A stretch of 64,000 nucleotides of DNA. It comes from Macrostomum hystrix. Its lineage: Eukaryota; Animalia; Platyhelminthes. Shown here in pieces: positions 44,201-56,200 of the stretch (positions are counted from its first letter, which is position 1; each line of letters begins with the position of its first letter). Below the pieces are notes generated by a model. The model did not search any database, had not been told where the DNA came from, and saw only the letters and a list, made by a program, of their open reading frames with translations. A program made the position numbers and the translations under genes. The stretch is taken from contig CATNEN010000011.1 of the NCBI GenBank assembly GCA_950097015.1, positions 4,464,001-4,528,000 on the forward strand. The letters are read 5' to 3'.

Positions 44201-47200
44201 AAGGCAGATGTACAGACCTGTGTGAGAGTGTGCCTGTGTCAGCAGAACGGGCGGAATCGCCTCCTAGCTAGCTGTGGGTCAACTGTCGCCAAATTTATGT
44301 TTCATTGGTTAACGGAAAATTCTATTGTCTCTTACCAACAATACAGCATTTTCTGGCTGCCTTGGAAACATCAGCTACCAGCAGAATGGACTGCCCCCAA
44401 TGACCATCTCGTTTGATTCGGACGTCATAGAGTCCTACAATGTACTTATTGACGACGGCTGCCAACCAACACCCGACGAATCGGCAGCCTGCGATGTTGG
44501 AAATTCGTCTCTGAGCAACAGCAGCAGCGCCTCCTGGCAGGTTGGGATCGATAGAGCTGCGAGTGTTGTTTACAATGGATATCTAAATTCGACAATCGAT
44601 GTCGGCCTGAGGATTTTCGCTACCTACCTGTACCGAGTGTCCTCAGCCAACGAGAAGGGAACCGACGAAAGTGACTGGGTGCCGGGACATACTGGCGAAG
44701 GAGGTTGTTTATAAACGCTGAATTTTGTCTAGACCTCTGAATGTGAAGAATTTTAAATCCTTCCAAACTTTAAAGTCGAAAATTTTAGGCCAATATAAAC
44801 CATTAGCATTTTTATTTCAATTCCGTCGAGCAGTACCGGACGATTCTGTCGGTCCGACCAGCGCTGTGCCAATCAACGATTCTAGCACAGACATTACCAG
44901 CACTGTTCGATCACTAAAAGTGACGTGGCCCGCCACCTTCAGTCGAACCGGTCCAGTTATTGACTACCGGCTTCGAGCTTACGACACAATCAATGCCAGT
45001 CTGATTGCAGAGGCGACGGTTTCCTGGAGTGATCCTACCGAAGCGAACCTCATGGCAGTTCTGAGCGATCTCTCGCCCTACAGGAGACATCGGATTCGAA
45101 TTGCCTCTTGCACGCACGCCGGGTGCGGAGACAGCAGCGACTACCTGGATGCCATCACACTACCTGCGGCGCCTACGATCGCTTCCCTCAAGCCAATCTC
45201 ACCTTCGCCCTCCGCTGGTCCAACTTGGTTACTCGTAGCCTGGAGTTACCTACCAGCTGTGTCAGCGGATCCAGAATTATCAGCTGAAGCATTGCAGGGA
45301 CTCAACGGTCCGTTAGTTGGATACCAGCTGGTGCAGCTTTTGCCTCCACCGGTACGTATTTGAGGGCCTAAATCGGGATATAGTAGCAACAAAAAAGTGA
45401 TGAAGTCACTTATGTCGGGCTTATAGCCATCAAAGCTGACTCAAAGCTTATTTAGTTATGCAATGAGGATCAGTCAATAACAAACACATCACATCATTGG
45501 GTGATAGTAGACCCACAGCCAGCGATAATTTTTGCTTCTTATCTTGGAACACACACTCGCACAGGTGTTTACATCTGCCCTCACTTTCTCATTGTCAGGC
45601 AGTGTACACTCTCACTACGGCTTTGGTGATAGGCCCTTAAAGGAGTATGTTGAAAATAACCCACAAAGTATTTATTGCACAAATGAATGTGGCCTCGTCA
45701 CGAAATTGAGCTCAGGCACCTTTGTGCGAGAGGCAATTACATGAACCACCCTTTTCATTACGAATACGACAGTTTAAAATGGAAGCGTCCTAAATGCGTT
45801 GATTTTAGGACGAGCAGGTATTACTGTACTCTGGGCCGAGTCGAGAGTACAATCATACAAGATTGCGCGCTGGTACGACCTATTCCTACACTCTGTCAGC
45901 CTGCAATACTCTTGGATGTTCAGCCATCGATAGGACCAATGCCGTGAATCTAGAAACTGTGCAACTGCCACCCGAAGGTGTTGCCTCGCCAAAAATAATG
46001 CCACTTAGCGCGACAACTGCCGCTATTTCTTGGCAGTCGCCACTGCAAATGAACGGTCGTCTAGTGGCTAATCAACTGGTATTAGCGAACTTTACAAACT
46101 GCACAGAAGTTGGTAGCGACTCAATGTGGTGGCTGGCTCATGCCGACTCGTCAGACGAAGCAAATCAAGCAGTCATCGACGTTCTGGAACCTGACACAGA
46201 GTATTGCCTCGCACTCAGGGTGAGTCGATCGATAATATATTTTAGACTGAGTGCTTGGATATGTTATTAGCAATTTAAAGTTGCTTCAGGTCTGCTCTGG
46301 AGGCGGTTGCACAGACAGTTTGCCAGTCGGTTTCAGAACCGCCGAAAGTTCACCTGAGCTGGTGCCGCGGCCCGTATTGTTATTTGTCAATGCGAGCGCT
46401 TATACCATCACGTGGGATCTGGCTCAAAAGCCTAATGGTGAGGATAACTTCAGTAAACTTGCTAAAGTTCTATGCCGTTAGAAACTGTAATGAAAAGTTT
46501 ATTGATTTCAGGTGAAATATTATATCACCTAGTGTTTATGAGCGGTGAGCAGGTGATGAACCAAACAGATCGGAACTTCTCGGTCATAGGCCTGTCGCCA
46601 TGGAGTCTGGTCAGCATTCAGGTACTACAGTGCACTCTAGTTGGCTGCGGTGCCAGTCCTGAATTATCATTTCGAACTCTGGAAGCAGCTCCAGGTGGAT
46701 CGGTGAGATTAAACGCACTGACTCCGACTGATTCGAGGTCTGCCCAGCTGTTGTGGACTAACCCGGCAGCTCCCAATGGACTGATCGAGTACAAAGTCTT
46801 TGCCTTGGGACTCTATTATACTGGTGGCACGGGGAGGAACTACTCGACGGTGATGGAGACCCGTCAGCTGCTTGTTACTCGCAGCTACGGTCAGTGGGTT
46901 CGCATTTCCGGTCTAATCCCCATGTCAGTTTATTATTTCCACGTGGAAGCAGCTAACTCTATGGGCTTGCTGGTCAGCAACACTGTGACAGTCGCTATGC
47001 CCGCTGGAAGTGAGTAATTGTCTCATGATTTCGCAATGCTTTTCTTTACTTGACTCTTTAAGCAGATGTTAGTTATTTTCCACAGGTCCAGATGGAGTTG
47101 AGCCACCCAGGTTGATAATTATCAATGCAACAACCCTGCAAGCCACATGGGGTGAGGTTGGGCGAGACAATTCCGCTCAGACTGTAAATGTGGCTTTGCA

Positions 47201-50200
47201 AATTCTTAATAATGATGACCAGTGGGTTAGGTAAGATTCAATTAAACATTTCAAATTATTTCGATTAGACAATCATGAAGTTTCAGGAAGTCTTTGATGA
47301 TAAATTACAGCGCGTCAGACGCCGTTACTAGCAAAACGACACCGACGATAAGCCAGATAGTATCTGGTCTACAACCGTACGCCTCGTACCAATTTCGCTC
47401 TGCTGCCCAGAGCATATTTGGTGTCGGCTACTCGACGCCAGCTGAAATCAGAATGCCCGAGGCGGCTCCTGGACCGATTGACGCACCGGATATTTCTGAG
47501 GCTACTTCAGTCAGCCTTCTGGTCAGCTGGACTGAGCCAAGCCAACCAAACGGTCTACTTGTGGCTTATCAAATCGTTATGGATGATGATCTGATTGCGA
47601 CGGTGAGTTTTGAACGCATGTCAAGACTAAAGACGTTTTGTATCGTTTGGTTGTTCAAGCGAAAATAATATCACTTCCCCTAAGTCTAGCAAAAGCAGTG
47701 CGTGCTCTAGTATGAGCAAGCAATGTGTGAAACTTGGTGGCCAATTAAAACGCCTTTAAACGACTCATGCATTATTTCAATTAATAAGGCGTCCCCGCAA
47801 ACATAATCGTCCCTACAGGCTTAAGCTGCTCAAGCAGGAAAATTACGGTAGTTTTTTAGCTTGGAAAGTCATTGCTGCCACTGCGTAACGACCTTAGATT
47901 ATCATCTCCAGATATCATCAGCAAATACCAGCTTCCGGGTTGTCAACTTGTCACCGTGGAAAAGCTACGTCTTCTCTGTGTCGGGCTGCACCAACGCCGG
48001 CTGCTCTGAAAAGTTCTCAGCTCCGACGACTAATGCAAGAACACTGGCAGCGCCAAGTGAAGACATTCCGCCTCCTGAGGCGGTTGCACTTTCGCCAACG
48101 TCTGTCCGACTGCGCCCACTACCACCCGGCCGTCCTAATGGTCCTATTGTTGAATATCGCCTATTTCGTCGATACGGATTTGACTCCAGCGCGAATTCGA
48201 CAGACGATTTATTGATAGGCGTCATCCCCGCAGTAACTGACGACTCTGAAGCAAGTGAAGTCGGTGAGATTTTAGATTCTGACGGGCTCAGACCGTGGAG
48301 GGAACTGCGCTATCGAGTTCAAGTTGTCAACTCGGCAGGATTTGCATTCGGTCGCTGGACGGAAGTTCGAACTCTGCCGGCGCCACCAGATGTGCCGACA
48401 AAGCCGGAGCCCGCCGTTTCAGTGGTGTCACCAAGGACTGCTGAAATTGCTTGGCGACTGCAACCTAGCGTGCAGGTTAATGGTCCTTTTGAACAGTTGG
48501 AACTTATTGTGGACTCTGAACCACCTATGCTGCTCACTGAGTCTGAGAAAGAGGCTATTGACGGCGGCGTCGCGAATGTTAGCCATCTGCTGCCGTGGTC
48601 GAACCACACAGTCAGGATACGCTTGTGCAATACTGGCGGTGGCTGTACGGAAAGTGAAGTGGTCGCCTTTTTTAGCCCAGCGGCACCGCCAGACGAACCA
48701 GCCTTCGCGCCGACTGCGAGCTCTCGAAGTTCCGCTCCGCCTGCTATTTTCGTCGCTTGGAGAGCTCCTGACTGGCCAAACGGTCCAGGGCTTCGTTATC
48801 GACTTCGCCGCTTGAGCACACCTGTCGACTCCTGGAGCGCTGACAATCCTCTAAGCGATGGTGTATGGAATCAGTCGTTCGCTGGATTCGACCTAAGCTA
48901 CGTTGATTTCTATGTCGAACAGTTCACAGTTTACCAGTACAGCTTGGCTGTAGAGAATGACATTGGCTCTACAGATTTTGGTGAAACTTCAGATCCGGTA
49001 ATGGCTTGGAGTGGCGGACCACCAACCGCAGGGCCGATTGCGTCGGCAGCGCCAGATGGACCTCAGGCAGTGCGTGTAAACTGGACGCTGCCTGAGCTGC
49101 GACAGATGCGCGGTTTTCCTGAAAGCTGCCAAATCGAACTGGCCAGCTCAGCAGCTTTTACGCGTTTTGTTGACGTTCCTGACTGTGAAACCGATGATGA
49201 TAATACGGTGAGCATTGGCGGTCTTTTCCCTAGTATCGACTATGTCGTGACAATCAACTTGACTGTAACTCCATCTGGCTGGATTCTGGGCAGCTCTGTA
49301 ACAGTGCGAACTCTTGAATCAGGTAAGAAATAGAAAACTTCTCGATTGGATAACATTTATTACTTCACTGCAAGCGCAAAATAATAATACAGTTTCAGAT
49401 ACGATTGAACCTCCATATGATGTTGAGGTATTCAATTTGACTTCAGCATGGGTTTATTTTACCCCTCCGGCATCGTTTTTGGTAAACAACTCGACAGTCT
49501 TTTGGAACTATGCACTGATAGTCAATAATCGAAAGGCTTCTGTCAAATTATACCGTGATTCACCAGTTAGTATTAACTTATCAGCCCTAGCAACAGGTCT
49601 AATTCCAAACCAACCTAACCTTGTTCGAGTAGAAGCTTGTTGTAGCTACTATTGTGTCCTTAGCAACTCCACTTTCATAGCTACGTCGGAGGTCACACCG
49701 AGCGGTCAACCCCCTCCTGTCATTGCTGCCGCTGGCAGTCGTTGGCTAGAAATCGCCTGGTCTCCACCAACGCAACCTGGTGGCGTGATTACTGGCTACA
49801 GGATTTATCGGCGTTCCGCCCAGGTTTTGTGTCAAAATGAAACGCAAATGTTCACATCGAACTGTGAATATGGTCGCTGTCCTTTTGGTTGGCAAGCGTG
49901 CAATTCCAGCACCTGTTACCAGCCTGAGAAGCAAGTGTGCTGCGAAGGGCAATTGTATGCCAGAGCCGAAGGTTACAAGTGCTGCGAAGGAGGGGGCTTC
50001 CAAGACGTGCCTGATGGAAGTGTCTGCTGCAGAGACGTCAAGTTTCCTGACGCTGTCAATGTCGGTGCAGGCAACCGCTGCTGTGGAGGCTTTCCATATT
50101 ACAATGGATTGGAAGCTGATCAAATTTGCTGCGATGGTGAGGTTTAGTTCTCAAAACGGCTATCAGTCATAAGTACTCATCCTACATACATTTTCTTCTC

Positions 50201-53200
50201 CTGTCACACAGGTAAGCTGCACAGCCGACTCAACCAGCAGTGCTGCGGCGGTCGAGTTATTCCGGACGATCTAGTTTGCTGTGGCGATTCTGTTGCATAT
50301 CAACAGCAGCCAAACATGTCTTGCTGCGGTGCGAAATACGTTCCAGCATTTGGAAACGACAGCAATACAATCTGCTGTCAACGCGGAACAAACGCTTTAT
50401 TGTACACTTTGCAAGATGATGAACTGGCTGAATCGGTATCGCTGACGTGCTGTGGCCTGCAGCTGGTGGATAAAAACAGCGCAACTGGTTGCTGTAACGG
50501 AAAACTGTTCGACTCGAGTGTCGAGGTCTGCGCCGATCCTGACCTCTGCGGTACTGGTTCCACCTGCCCGATTGATTCGCAACCTTCAGCTGCCTGCAAT
50601 GTCTGCGACTTTTCACCCACCAACGAGACCTGCCAGACCGTTTCCGCGAATAAAATTGAAACTTTCCCTACAGACGAAGTTGAGAGCATCACGCACGCTG
50701 GGATTTTAATATCTGAACTGATACCAATGTGCTTTTCAGATCCTGAGCTGGTGTACGAGGGTCCTGATGCGTCCTTTATTGGTAAGATGTTGTCGAGCCA
50801 CTTCACTTTTGCAAAATAAAATACTGTCAGTATCGAATTTTCCTAAACATCCTCGCAGACACTGGACTGATCCCTAGTACCAGCTTTGCCTACTCTGTTC
50901 AAGCAGTCAGCGCCGCGGGTGCCACTAATCGATCATCCGAGACATCCGCCAACACCCTGTCTGATGCACCCGCATATGTAACACCCCCAATTATCGAGGC
51001 TTTGAGACCAGACGCACTAAGCCTCGACTGGAGTCCGCCGAGCCAGCCGAATGGTCCAGTGAAGAGTTATCAAGTTGAGCGACGGCACGCCACTAATAGC
51101 AAATATTCTGTGGAGCCGCTGACACTGTTTAACGGGCTGGCGTTGACATTCGTTGACAGTCTTGCTCTGGAGCCGTTCATAGTGTATGAGTACAGACTCA
51201 CTGCATGCACTGATGGTGGATGCAAGGCTTCAGATTGGGTATGTTAACTTTTATATAAATTCAGTTCGCATGAAAGTTCTCTATTAACATTATCTGTACA
51301 CTACAAGAGGTTGCAACAAATTGATTTGGCTCACGACCTAAAGTTTGATACTTGTGCCATTTAGAAAGATACTCAAATTTGCAGTGCTTTAGTTCACCCA
51401 GCTGTTACATGGGTACCAGCATCAGGTGAGGCAATTGAGGGTGGGTGTGGCATCTCCCCAGTCCATGGACTGAACAGCCGTACGCAGCTTTCAGATGCGC
51501 CGCGCAATCGCTACGGCTGTGCTGTTGGCTGCACATCTGGCAGGTGGCAGGGACTACTAAACACTGTACTGCTTATTGAAAAAAAAGTTTTTTTTAGATC
51601 CTGAGCTAGTGTACGGGGGTCCAGTTGCGTCCTTTGTTGGTAAGATTTTGTCCTTGAAAAAGATTTAGCCCTAAAAAAGACGCTTCAGCCTACATTTCTT
51701 AAGTCAACCCAGCTTTAAAATTGGTATTAACATCATCTAGAGTAAAACGTTTGCACGACATTTACGGACTGAACAGCTGCACACATAAGTTGGATGGACC
51801 ACTGTATCAATGGCTGAACATGACATAAGACTCAGTCTAATAAGATTTATCGATCCATCTCTATCGATCCATGCGATCAAACGAAAACAAACTTGCTTTA
51901 CTTACAGGTCGCTGCAGCAACAGCGGAATCGGTACCTAGCGGTCTTGACCCACCGGTGCTGACAGCTTTATCAGCTGATGTAGTTCTCGCGGAATGGCGG
52001 CCACCCGATCATCCAAATGGTCGCCTATTAGAGTACCAGCTGTACGACATAACTAGCCAAGCTCTTGTGTATGTTGGTTTGGAAACAAGCTTTCGTTACA
52101 CTGGCCTCGACCAGGATACAGTTTACTCATTCCTTGTGTCCTGTTGCACTAGCCAGGGCTGCGTTAATAGTACAAGTGGACTGGCCAGCGTTAGAACCTG
52201 GCCAGCGCCACTGTCGGGTTTGTCGGCTCCCGGTGTCCTGCTGACAGGCATAGACGCGCTTCTTGTGTACTGGTCCGAGCCAGCTAAAGGCGGTCCGCCA
52301 GTAGGCTACGCGATCGAGCAGAGAATCGATGGCGATGATCAATTTCGAATAGTTGCAGGCGCCTCTGAGCTTCCATCATGGCAGAGAAATGCGAGCATTT
52401 TCGGCCTGCTAGCGAATCGACGATACTGGTATCGACTACGCGCATGGGGTGCTAAAGTTTCCGATGCGATCGTCAGTTTGCCAAGTCTCATTCAAACGCC
52501 ACTTCGCCAACCACCGCTAGCGAGTACTATTCAATCAGCCGTGGCACTATCTGATGGCAGTCTGCGTATGTCATGGAGTCTGTTACCGATAGAGCTTGGC
52601 ATAGATCAGTACATTTTGACACTGGTTAGCGAATACGGTGAACTTTTGCAGCGCCGATTCCTTAACCGCGAATCGGATGGCACACTCTCACCTGCAAACG
52701 GCCTGAGGCCCAACTGTGAATATAGCGTTGCGATGCTGGCCTGCCAGAACGTCAGCGAGTACAGTTGCCGAACGGGAGCCTGGTCAACGACTCGCACTGT
52801 CGATGGAACACCATTTACCATGACAAGGCCTCTAGTTTTTGCAGCTGATACATATGTTGTGCAATTACTGTGGGAATTGCCGTCGCATTCTCGAAAGCCG
52901 CAGACAATTCAATCGTTTGAAATAGAGCGACGCAGAAGAAATACTAGTGCTGTCATGCTCGCTGGTCGGGTCGCTGGGTCCCGACGAGAGTTTCGCGACT
53001 TCAGTCCAGACCTGACTCCAAACTCTCCATTCGAGTATCGTATAGTTGCAGTCAACGTCTATGGCCGAACCCCAAGCAATTGGACGAGCGTAATTACTTC
53101 AGACGATATTCCGCAGCATATTCCAACTCCAAATGCCACTGTTTTGGACGCCTTTAGCATTCGGGTATCGTGGACAGGCGATGCAGAACTTAGTGGGCAA

Positions 53201-56200
53201 GTGCTTTATTATCGGCTAGACTTCAAGGTAATCACGCGTATATAATAATTTATATTTCTATTTTTAGGAGCGCTGCTTGCTGCAGTGGCACATTGTAAAT
53301 TTATGGTAAATTTGGTAAAAATGGTAAATTTATTTTTAGACAGTAAGCAGCGTCAGAATTGAAGTCAAAGGCCAAGCTGACAGTCTCGAGTTAGATGGCA
53401 ACCGCCGAGACTGCCTGATAGGTGGTCTGACACCAGCCACTGTGTACCAACTCCGCCTGTCCGCATTCAACAGCCGCGGCGTAGGCTCGGGTGCCTGGTC
53501 TGAGGTGCTCACTGCGGAGGCGCCGCCCGCTGGTCTGGCTCAAATTGAGTCAACCCCCACAGCAGACGGCCGTGAACTACTGCTTAACTGGTCGCCACCT
53601 CAGCGTCCAAATGGTTTTATACAAGTTTACCGCCTGCACTACATCTCAATCAGTGGCAGCCAAACGATTATTTACTCCGGCCACTCAGTTGGGTTTCGTT
53701 GGCGTCCACTTGAGCCGTATACTGAGTACGCAGTCGCCCTGGAAGCTTGCACACAAGCTGGCTGTGTCACTGGGTCAATACAGAGACTGCTCACAGCAGA
53801 AGCTTCGCCTGAAGATCAGCCGCCGCCACAGGTTGCATCTGAAGTTGTCTTCGAGGACACAGAAGGCGATTCCGCTACTCCAGATCCTTCTGGCGCATCA
53901 GAATTTTCAGATTCCCCGGCTTCAGATCCGACTGAGATTTCAGATTCTCAGATAGAAAATGTTAGTTCTGGTAAAACTGTCTCTGTGGTTGTTAATCTAA
54001 ACTGGACATTGCCAACGCGACCGAACGGTATAATTAGAGAATTCCGAATATTACGAGGCCAAAGCGCTACTGCCAAAGATTCTGGAGCTATAGTAACTGT
54101 AGAAATATTAAACGTGTCTGCCTTAGCCGAAACCGAGTCGATTTTCTCAGCTACTGACTCATCGGTCAGGCCATGGACTGAGTACTCATACGCGATTGAG
54201 GCCTGCAATTCGTTTGCCTGCGTCAAAGGCGATTTTGTTCAACTAACTACACCTGAGATAGCGCCGGGGCCTCCGAATGCACCCACCATAGTAGCAGTGC
54301 AACCAATGGCTCTGAGAATTTCCTGGCAACCGCCGGCTCAACCGAACGGCCGACTTACCAGCTATAGCCTGCTCCGAAACGGTTCGATTGTTTCTGGGGC
54401 TGCCAGCATTCCAGCAAACGCTTCGGATATGGCTTGGACTGACAGTAGTCCCTACCTGAAGCCCTATACTTGGTACTCTTACACCGTCGCTGCTTGCAAC
54501 GACGAAACAAGCTCAGCACCTCCGTGCGGCCTGCCATCGGCACCTGGATTCGGTCGGACACCGGAGGCACCTCCCGAAGGAATTTCGGCTCTTCAAGTCG
54601 TTTCCGTGTCCGCCACTGCCATTCATCTCACCTGGTCTGCACCAGATGTTTTTAATGGCATCTTAGTCAGGTGGGTTTCTGCTTATTATATTTAAATACA
54701 TCTGACATAATTGGGGCAGATATACAGCTGACAGCACAGCCGTAGCTCGTAGCTGTTGCCCGGCGTATCTAAAGGCTACGTAACGGCTGTTCAGTCCATG
54801 GACTGGGGAGACGCCACACCCACCCTCAATTGCCCCAGCTAATGCTGTTACCCATTTAACAGCTGGGTGAACTGAAGCAATGCTGAGTTAAGTGTCTTGC
54901 TGAACGACAAAAATTGTTGGCTACAACCCCCACCCCATTTTTCAGATATATCCTATATCAAAACGCCCTGCCATTGTTTTCTTACCTGCCACCTGATGCA
55001 AAGTCCACCGCATCTGTTGATCTGACGCCCTTCACTCCGTACGCTTTCTACCTTTCGGCTTGTACCGCTGCCGGTTGCACTGACGGTCCGAACACGACAA
55101 TGTGGACATCTGAGGCCGCGCCAGCTGACATGGCACCGCCAGTTCTCACACCGCTGGACGCTAATCGTGTTGCAATAGCCTGGCGACCACCCCGACGGTC
55201 CAACGGGGTGGTCACCACCTATAGATTGTTGCGCAACAGTCAACAATTTTCAGAGGTTCCATCAAGCACTTTAGATACCATTGACAACATGCTGCTGCCA
55301 GCCACAGCTTATTCATACGCTGTCATCGCCGTCAACTCCGCTGGCGGTGTGCGCAGTCCCGATGCCATTGTCGTCACCGCAGCCGGCTCGCCTGAAGGCC
55401 TTCGAGCACCCGTCATCGCAGAACTGAATGCAACCGCTGCAGTTATTGCTTGGGACCCTCCTCTGCGTAGCAACGGTCAGCTTCACAATTACACACTGAC
55501 TGTACATCCAATAGGCGACATTCCTCTGCCACCGACGTCCCACTCATTCTCGCTAACCAGCCTGCATCCGTTCACTGACTATTGGGCCCGTCTATCAGCT
55601 TGCACTGACGTGGCCTGTGCCAACACTGAAGCTGTTTCGTTTCGTACACTTGAAGCGCCTCCTTTTGGTCAGTCACCACCGACTCTACAGGCCGTGAAGT
55701 ACAATAGCACAGGCGTAGGTGTATTCGTTAGCTGGGCGCCGCCAAACCAGCCGAACGGTCTCATTGTTCGCTGCCAGTTGGAGCGTCAAGCGCAGCAGGC
55801 AGCTGATGGTATATTTTCTGATCCGGCTGTTGTCTACTCCAGGGATAATTTAGATAGCAATGGAAGCTGGGAATATTCAGACTTATCCACAGAGCTGCGT
55901 CCGTACGCTTTCTATCGCTACAGAGTTGGCTGTTTCAACTCGCTGCCGGAGGGCAGTCTGAGCGACTGGGTTCTGGTGCGAACAGTTGAGATGCAACCTG
56001 ATGGAGTGTTTGCACCTTTGATTTTGGTACGGAAGACCAGATTTACTTAAATTTTACTAGTGTTTTACTGGTATTTACAGTTGCAAAATGACATTGCTGT
56101 TTTAAGTTTTTATTAAAACATCTTTCTACGGTTTGATTCGCTTCAAAAACATTTCAGGGCGTTACTAACGTGTCAGTGACTCTACAGCTGCAGTCTCCTG

